Notes under the pieces: generated by a model
The model's database searches: none
What the model saw: the letters and a program-made list of their open reading frames with translations, nothing else
What the model was told of the DNA's origin: nothing
DNA from: Patescibacteria group bacterium
GTDB taxonomy: Bacteria > Patescibacteriota > Patescibacteriia > UBA1558 > UBA10009
DNA: 64,000 nt
NCBI GenBank assembly: GCA_041662565.1
Contig: JBAZSE010000005.1
Location: forward strand, 402 to 64,401
Reading direction: 5' to 3'
Shown: piece after piece, positions 57,944 to 64,000 of the stretch
Layout: each line of letters starts with the position of its first letter
How positions within the stretch are numbered: position 1 is the stretch's first letter
Position numbers and translations under genes: made by a program

Positions 57944-60900
57944 TTATCTTAAAATAATATTTTCGCGGCCAATAAGAGTGATTAATTTTTCTATCAGTTC
58001 TCCTGTAACTTTAACGGTTTGACCGGTTTTAATCGTTTTATTGTCTATTTTTAAGAAAACTACGGCTTGGCCAGGAAAGTTTGGCAGAATATTTTTTAGT
58101 TCCAGCAAATATTTTTCCTGTTGTTCGGCATTAAGCTTGATTTCCAAACTGGAAAATTTTAAATTTTTATCAATCGGCCGAACACTGTCGCAAATCATTT
58201 TCATGGAGCCGTCTTTATCGGTTGTTTTGCCTTCTACCACTACGATTTCATCTTCCAGCCAGGCATCCTTGGTGCTTTCCAAAATTTTGGGAAAAACCAA
58301 AACTTCCGTACTGCCGGTTTCATCGGCTAAAGTCACAAAATACATGGCCTGGTTGTTTTTGGTCATCACGCGGTGGATATTATGGATTATGCCTGCCACC
58401 CTGGCCATTTTGCCGTTGCCCAAAGGCATTAATTGGCAAATATTGGTCCTGCCTTCCGGCAATAAATGCTTTACGCTGTTCATGGGATGATCTGATAAAT
58501 AAATGCCCAGCAATTCTTTTTCCCATTTTAGTTTAAGAACCTCATCTTCTTCCGGCGCGTTTTCCAGTTTTAAAACGGGTTTGGCCAAAGCGGAATTGGC
58601 AAATAAATTAACCTGCCCGTTGGAGTCATTATTTTTTTTGCCGAATTTTAAAAGTTTTTCTATGTTAAACAACAATTCATTGCGTAAACCGAATTTATCC
58701 AGTGCGCCCGATTTAATCAGCGATTCCAAAGATTTTTTATTCAAATCCTTATCTTGGGTTCTTAGCAAAAAATCTTGCAAATCTATAAACGGCCCGTTGG
58801 CTTTTCTTTCCTTGATAATCGCCTTGGTTAAATGCTCGCCAACGTTTTTAATGGCCGAAAGCCCAAAGCGGATGCGTGGTTGATCCTTGGTATCTTCGGC
58901 CACCACCATAGTAAAAATAGTATAGCTTTCGTTAATATCGGGCGGAAGCACCTTAATGCCCATTTTTTCGCACTCTTCTATTTCCAAGGCCACGCGATCG
59001 ATGTTTTCATTATCGGCAGTTAAAAGAGCCGCCATAAACTGGGTAGGAAAATTGGCTTTAAGGTAAGCGGTTTGGTAAGAAATCATAGCGTACGAAGCGG
59101 CATGAGCGCGGTTAAAGCCGTATCGGGCAAAAGGCAAAATGTATTCCCAGATTTTTTTAGCCACCCGCTTATCAACTTTATTGGCAATCATGCCCTTAAT
59201 CATTTTTTCTTCCTGCTCTACCATCAGTGATTTGATTTTTTTGCCAACGGCTTTTCTTAACACATCGGCTTCGCCGTAGGTAAAGCCGGCCAGCGCTTGG
59301 GCAATTTCGGTAATTTGTTCCTGATAAACGGCAATGCCGAATGTTCTTTTTAAAATCGGCTCCAACTTGGGATGCAGATAGGTAATGGTGGTTTGGCCCT
59401 TTTTACCGGCAATGTAATCGGGAATAAGTTCCATGGGGCCCGGACGGTATAAAGAAATCATCACAATAATATCTTCAATATCAGTTGGTTCCAGCTGGAT
59501 TAAATATCTTCTCATGCCCGATGATTCCAATTGGAATACGCCGGTGGTGTGTCCGCGTTGCAATAGCTTAAATGTTTTTTCGTCATTTAAAGGCAGTTTA
59601 TCAATATCGATTTTTTCTCCCGTGGTTTTGTGGATGATTTCCAAAGCGGTTTCAATAATCGTTAGGTTTTTTAAACCCAAAAAGTCCATTTTTAACAAAC
59701 CCAAAGCCACTACCGGATGCAAAGAATATTGGGAAACAATGGTTTTGTCGTCGCTGGAGGCGTATTGCAGGGGTACATGGTTATCCAGCGCATCGGGTGT
59801 AATTAAAACACCGCAAGCATGAGTGGAGGCGTGCCTGGCCACACCTTCCAATTTTTTGGAAAAATCGATTAAGTTTTTGGCTTGCGGATCGTTTTGGTAA
59901 ATTTCTTTAATTTCCGGAACCTTGGTCACTGCTTCCGTTAAGCCCATAAACATAGGGATCAGCTTGGCAATTTTATCGCAGTAAGAATAAGAGATGCCTA
60001 AAACCCGGCCCACATCTCTAATCGCGGCCCGGGCCGCCATAGTACCAAAGGTGATAATTTGCGAAACTTGCCCCGCACCGTATTTTTGGGTTACGTAGGC
60101 CAAAACCTCGTCGCGCCGGGTATCAGCAAAATCCAAATCAATATCGGGCATGCTGACTCTTTCGGGATTTAAAAAACGTTCAAAAATCAAATTAAATTTA
60201 ATCGGGTCAATATTGGTGATATTGATTAAATAGGAAACTAAACTGCCCGGCGCGCTGCCGCGGCCTGGGCCGACCACAATGCCATTGTTTTTGGCCCAAT
60301 TAACAAAATCTTGGACAATTAAAAAGTATGAGGCAAAGCCGGTTTTGGCGATTATTCCCAATTCATAATCCAACCGCGTTCTAATAATTTCGTTGATGCC
60401 TTCGGGGTAGCGCTTGTTTAACCCTTGCTCGCATAAATTTTTTAAATAACTGTTATCGGTTTGGCCACTTGGCACGGCAAAAAACGGCAAAAGCGTTTTA
60501 TCCAATTCAATTTCTAGTTCGCACATGTCGGCGATTTTTTGGGTATTGGCCAGGGCTTCGGGGATATGGGCAAAAGCATTGCTCATTTTTTCCGGCGAAG
60601 CAAAAGAGGCATCCAACCCCATCATATTCATCCGATCGGTATCGGCTTGCTTACGTTTGGTTTGAATGCAGAGCAAAATATCCTGGGCTTCGGCATCTTC
60701 CGGATTAAGATAATGAACATCATTGGTGGCCACCAAAGGAATATCCAGCTCTTGAGAAAATTTAATCAATTGTTCATTAACCACGGCTTGTTCATCCACA
60801 TTAGGATGATGCTGAAGTTCCAAATAAAAATTATTTTGGCCAAAAACACGTAAATATTTTAGAGCTAATTCTTTGGCGCCTTTAATATCGCCGGATGTTA

Positions 60901-61333
60901 TGGCCCGAGGAATTTCTCCGGCTAAGCAAGCTGATAAGGCAATTAGACCATCATGGTATTTTTCCAACAGTTCCCAATCTAAGCGGGGTTTGTAATAAAA
61001 ACCTTCCAAATGGGCCAGGGTGTTAAGTTTTAATAAATTTTTATAGCCCTGTTGGTTTTTTGCCAGCAAAATCAAATGAAACGGGTGGGTATCTGCCTTG
61101 CCTTCTTTGCTTAAGCGGCTGCCAGGCGCCAGGTACGCTTCCATGCCCACAATCGGCTTAATGCCAGCTTTTTTGCATTGCTCGTAAAATTCAATAATCC
61201 CGTACATGGAACCATGATCAGTTAAAGCCAGGGCGGGCATTTTAAATTCCTTGGCTTTTTTTACCAGTTCGGGAATTTTAGGTAAGCCGTCTAGTAGGGA
61301 ATAATGGCTATGAGTATGAAGGTGAATAAACAT
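57944..61333 (-). CDS. dnaE: DNA polymerase III alpha subunit
   Basis: HLHTHSHYSLLDG PHP, GPGRGSA, MPDIDLD, LLKMDFLGL, YGFN.AH, OB fold. Confidence 0.98.
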   Translation of the reverse strand: MFIHLHTHSHYSLLDGLPKIPELVKKAKEFKMPALALTDHGSMYGIIEFYEQCKKAGIKPIVGMEAYLAPGSRLSKEGKADTHPFHLILLAKNQQGYKNLLKLNTLAHLEGFYYKPRLDWELLEKYHDGLIALSACLAGEIPRAITSGDIKGAKELALKYLRVFGQNNFYLELQHHPNVDEQAVVNEQLIKFSQELDIPLVATNDVHYLNPEDAEAQDILLCIQTKRKQADTDRMNMMGLDASFASPEKMSNAFAHIPEALANTQKIADMCELEIELDKTLLPFFAVPSGQTDNSYLKNLCEQGLNKRYPEGINEIIRTRLDYELGIIAKTGFASYFLIVQDFVNWAKNNGIVVGPGRGSAPGSLVSYLINITNIDPIKFNLIFERFLNPERVSMPDIDLDFADTRRDEVLAYVTQKYGAGQVSQIITFGTMAARAAIRDVGRVLGISYSYCDKIAKLIPMFMGLTEAVTKVPEIKEIYQNDPQAKNLIDFSKKLEGVARHASTHACGVLITPDALDNHVPLQYASSDDKTIVSQYSLHPVVALGLLKMDFLGLKNLTIIETALEIIHKTTGEKIDIDKLPLNDEKTFKLLQRGHTTGVFQLESSGMRRYLIQLEPTDIEDIIVMISLYRPGPMELIPDYIAGKKGQTTITYLHPKLEPILKRTFGIAVYQEQITEIAQALAGFTYGEADVLRKAVGKKIKSLMVEQEEKMIKGMIANKVDKRVAKKIWEYILPFARYGFNRAHAASYAMISYQTAYLKANFPTQFMAALLTADNENIDRVALEIEECEKMGIKVLPPDINESYTIFTMVVAEDTKDQPRIRFGLSAIKNVGEHLTKAIIKERKANGPFIDLQDFLLRTQDKDLNKKSLESLIKSGALDKFGLRNELLFNIEKLLKFGKKNNDSNGQVNLFANSALAKPVLKLENAPEEDEVLKLKWEKELLGIYLSDHPMNSVKHLLPEGRTNICQLMPLGNGKMARVAGIIHNIHRVMTKNNQAMYFVTLADETGSTEVLVFPKILESTKDAWLEDEIVVVEGKTTDKDGSMKMICDSVRPIDKNLKFSSLEIKLNAEQQEKYLLELKNILPNFPGQAVVFLKIDNKTIKTGQTVKVTGELIEKLITLIGRENIILR

Positions 61334-61406
61334 ATTTGTATTTTACCTGCAAAAAATGGCTTTAGCAACCCGTGTTTCAGGCCAAAAAAACCGTTGTAAA
61401 TAAAAA

Positions 61407-61434
61407 GTAGAGACGCGCAATTGTGCGTCTCTAC
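61407..61434. repeat. GTAG-type REP hairpin
   Basis: GTAGAGACGCGCAATTGTGCGTCTCTAC. Confidence 0.8.
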
Positions 61435-61454
61435 CATGAAATTGAAAAAATTGT

Positions 61455-61760
61455 TTAATTATCCGATTTGTTTTTTTTGGCAGCGGTTTTTTTGGCCTTT
61501 TTTTCCGCCACGTAATCAGCTACTTTTTTGCCTACTTCCATAACCGCGGCAAAAGTAGTGCCAAAATTAGCCACTTTTTCTTTGGATTTATCAAAAAAAT
61601 CTTTAATAGCATTTAAAGTGCCGGTAAATGTTTCCATGACCGAATTTATTTTTTTTAAAATCATGGCAAAATAATAAATCACCCAGCACAAAAAAATGGT
61701 AAACCATAAAACGCAGAAGGCGATTACTATATTTAATAGATCCTGGGAATTTTCTAACAT
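61455..61760 (-). CDS. Hypothetical single-TM protein with basic tail
   Basis: SQDLL.IV...CVLW.T.F..W..YY then coiled coil. Confidence 0.75.
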   Translation of the reverse strand: MLENSQDLLNIVIAFCVLWFTIFLCWVIYYFAMILKKINSVMETFTGTLNAIKDFFDKSKEKVANFGTTFAAVMEVGKKVADYVAEKKAKKTAAKKNKSDN

Positions 61761-61782
61761 AGGTTTTTATTTTTAATTTATT

Positions 61783-61939
61783 AATGCTCACTCGGTCAAG
61801 AAAAATTTTTCTATCCTCGGCACCCTCCTTCGTCTCGGCCTAGTCTCGTCTAAAACTCGCTAGGCGGGCGCATCATGTTGCGCCCCTACGGGTCCCGCCT
61901 CGGACAAAGAAAAATTTTTTCTTGTCCCGCGTTCGCATT
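61783..61939 (-). repeat. Long fold-back element, copy E, with nested GTAG REP
   Basis: Shares CACCCTCCTTCGTCTCG with copy A; contains GGGCGCATCATGTTGCGCCCCTAC (61866-61889). Confidence 0.88.
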
Positions 61940-62009
61940 TGATGTTCATTAATTTATTTTATTATACCACAATTCACCAAAAACAAAAAATGTGGTAAAA
62001 TAAAGCCAT

Positions 62010-62864
62010 ATGGTTGACTATCAAATCCATGATTTATCAGAAAGGCAGCTAAAATTTGGCTACTGGCTGTTAAATTATAAAGACCGCTTAAAAAAGATTT
62101 TACTCGGTTTTATAATTGCTTTAGGAGCAATCTTTTGGGGGCTGGCTATTTACGGCTTAGTTGTCTATTTGTCTTTTGGCGCCTCGGATCAGCAAATTGT
62201 TTTAGGCATTGTTAATAACAATATTGATTGGCAGAGTTTTAGAGAACGCAATAAACCTTTGGATTTAGTTTTTTCGGCTCCCGAACTTATTTATACCGGC
62301 AAGGGCAATTACGATATTGTGGCCCAGGCCTACAACCCCAATACCAGGAGGGGAATGGCTAAGCTGACTTATCAATTTATTGCGGATAATTTTACTTCGG
62401 CCACCGGTACCATTGTTATTTTACCTCAACAAAAAGTTTATTTATTAAGTTTGGCCAATCAAACAACCGGCCGGCTGGAAGCTCCGCAATTAAGCGTGCT
62501 GGGTCTGGCTTGGCAAAGGATCGGCGAACAGCCACAGGATCCTAATCTTCAACCTATTGGGCTGGATCAGATTAATTTTACAGCCGGCGATCTTAAAGAG
62601 CGGTCAGCGGTTTTATTTTCCGCGCGCAATAATACGTTAAAGAATTTTTGGACAGTTGGTTTTGAAGCCGTTTTATTTAACAATAACCGGATAGTCGGAG
62701 CCAACATTATTTTTGTTAATGAATTTTTAAGCGAAGAAACCAGGAATTTGGAAATGAGCTGGTTTGAATCATTGCCTGCGGTTACGCGGGTAGAAATTGT
62801 TCCGTTGGTGGATATTTACGACCCAACTGCCGTTTATTCTGTACCCGGGAAAGTCAATAAGTAG
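62010..62864 (+). CDS. Membrane-anchored hypothetical protein
   Basis: N-terminal TM, YD.VA...NPN, two beta-rich domains. Confidence 0.75.
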   Translation: MVDYQIHDLSERQLKFGYWLLNYKDRLKKILLGFIIALGAIFWGLAIYGLVVYLSFGASDQQIVLGIVNNNIDWQSFRERNKPLDLVFSAPELIYTGKGNYDIVAQAYNPNTRRGMAKLTYQFIADNFTSATGTIVILPQQKVYLLSLANQTTGRLEAPQLSVLGLAWQRIGEQPQDPNLQPIGLDQINFTAGDLKERSAVLFSARNNTLKNFWTVGFEAVLFNNNRIVGANIIFVNEFLSEETRNLEMSWFESLPAVTRVEIVPLVDIYDPTAVYSVPGKVNK

Positions 62865-62869
62865 AATTT

Positions 62870-63988
62870 ATGTTAAAAAGGATTTTTGTTTGGCTAGAAT
62901 ACTACGATTGGTATTTAATCATCAATATAAGCTTATTGATGATTTTCGGTTTAGCTACTTTGTACAGTTTACAGCTTAATGTTGACGTGCCCAATTTTAC
63001 GATTTTTAACCACCAGCTAACTTTGGCCCTGTTTGGCTTGGCGATATTTTTATTGGTCAGTTCAATTAACTTTAAGGTTTGGAGCGATTACTACAAAATT
63101 ATTTACCTAATTGCTTTGGCCTTATTGATTTTGGTTTTAGCGGTCGGATCCCATATCCGGGGCACGACCGGCTGGCTGTATTTTTTTGGCCAGGGTTTTC
63201 AACCGGTGGAACTGGTTAAAATCGCTTTAATTATTTTTTTGGCCAGATTTTTTGCCTTGGGAAATTATCAAAATAATTTATTAAAGGGTTTGATTGTTTC
63301 GGGTTTTGGCGTTTTGCTTTTAATCGTTTTGGTTTTGCTGCAGCCGGATTTTGGTTCCAGCATGCTATTGTTTGCCACTTGGCTGGCCATGTATTTTTTA
63401 CTTCCGGTTAAACGCAAAACCATTGTGGGCCTTTTTTTGATTTTACTGGTTTTAGCTTCGGCTTTTTGGCTGTTTTTTTTGCAGGATTACCAACAAAAGC
63501 GCTTGCTGACTTTTTTAAATCCTCAAGCGGATCCTTTAGGTTCTGGTTATAATGTAAGGCAAGCCATTGTGGCGGTGGGCTCGGGCAGTTTTATTGGCCG
63601 GGGATTGGGCCTGGGCTCGCAAAGTCAGCTTAATTTTTTACCCGAACAGCAAACAGATTTTATTTTTGCCGTGATTGCGGAGGAATTGGGCTTTATTGGT
63701 GCCGGCTTGGTGCTGGTTTTGTTTTTCAGTTTGCTTTACAGAATTTATGCCATTGCCAAATTGGCCAAGGATAATTTTGCCCATTTTTTTGCTTTGGGGT
63801 TGGTCATAACTCTGGCTATCCAAATTTTTGTCAATATTGGGATGAATTTGGGTATGGCCCCGGTAACGGGCGTGCCCTTGCCTTTAATCAGCTACGGGGG
63901 CAGTTCATTAATCTCTTTACTTATCGCTTTGGGCATAATCCACAATATCCATATTAGAAACAAGAGGTCTTTATTTGCCAGGTATTAA
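62870..63988 (+). CDS. rodA: Rod shape-determining SEDS glycosyltransferase RodA
   Basis: FQPVELVK, QPDFG, DPLGSGYN, LPEQQTDFIF...EELG, PVTGVPLPLISYGGSS. Confidence 0.95.
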   Translation: MLKRIFVWLEYYDWYLIINISLLMIFGLATLYSLQLNVDVPNFTIFNHQLTLALFGLAIFLLVSSINFKVWSDYYKIIYLIALALLILVLAVGSHIRGTTGWLYFFGQGFQPVELVKIALIIFLARFFALGNYQNNLLKGLIVSGFGVLLLIVLVLLQPDFGSSMLLFATWLAMYFLLPVKRKTIVGLFLILLVLASAFWLFFLQDYQQKRLLTFLNPQADPLGSGYNVRQAIVAVGSGSFIGRGLGLGSQSQLNFLPEQQTDFIFAVIAEELGFIGAGLVLVLFFSLLYRIYAIAKLAKDNFAHFFALGLVITLAIQIFVNIGMNLGMAPVTGVPLPLISYGGSSLISLLIALGIIHNIHIRNKRSLFARY

Positions 63989-64000
63989 GTTGGCCACTCT

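Overview
AT-rich, gene-dense bacterial chromosome segment. Gene content and style suggest Patescibacteria/CPR (Parcubacteria-like): mostly SD-less housekeeping genes, a short atpH, alpha2-type GlyRS, type-2 IleRS and membrane-anchored hypotheticals. This taxonomic call is inference. The window holds aminoacyl-tRNA synthetases (ileS, glyQS, metG, pheST, thrS, an AsnRS-like paralogue, gatB), a complete F1Fo ATP synthase operon, a UvrD helicase-nuclease fusion, gyrB, secE-nusG-rplK-rplA, a dTTP-synthesis cluster, dnaE, rodA and one tRNA-Arg(CCG). No CRISPR array, transposase, integrase or prophage was seen. The most unusual signals are mostly non-coding. (1) A ~580-nt GC-rich run of eight consecutive hairpin domains with its own promoter/terminator between atpC and the UvrD-nuclease gene, a candidate new large ncRNA. 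(2) A thrS T-box whose Stem I is reduced to a 6-bp hairpin showing the ACC specifier in a 7-nt loop. (3) A dispersed family of ~135-155-nt fold-back elements with covarying stems and tandem G.A (CGAG) motifs, plus shorter palindromes/heptamer repeats inserted in frame into proteins. (4) A small antisense gene cassette splitting the atp operon. (5) A leader-peptide attenuator ahead of the anticodon-domain-less AsnRS paralogue. On the protein side, TatD carries an inserted serine hydrolase domain, and there is a panD-EamA-variant asparaginase operon. All calls were made by eye from motifs; no database searches or folding programs were run.
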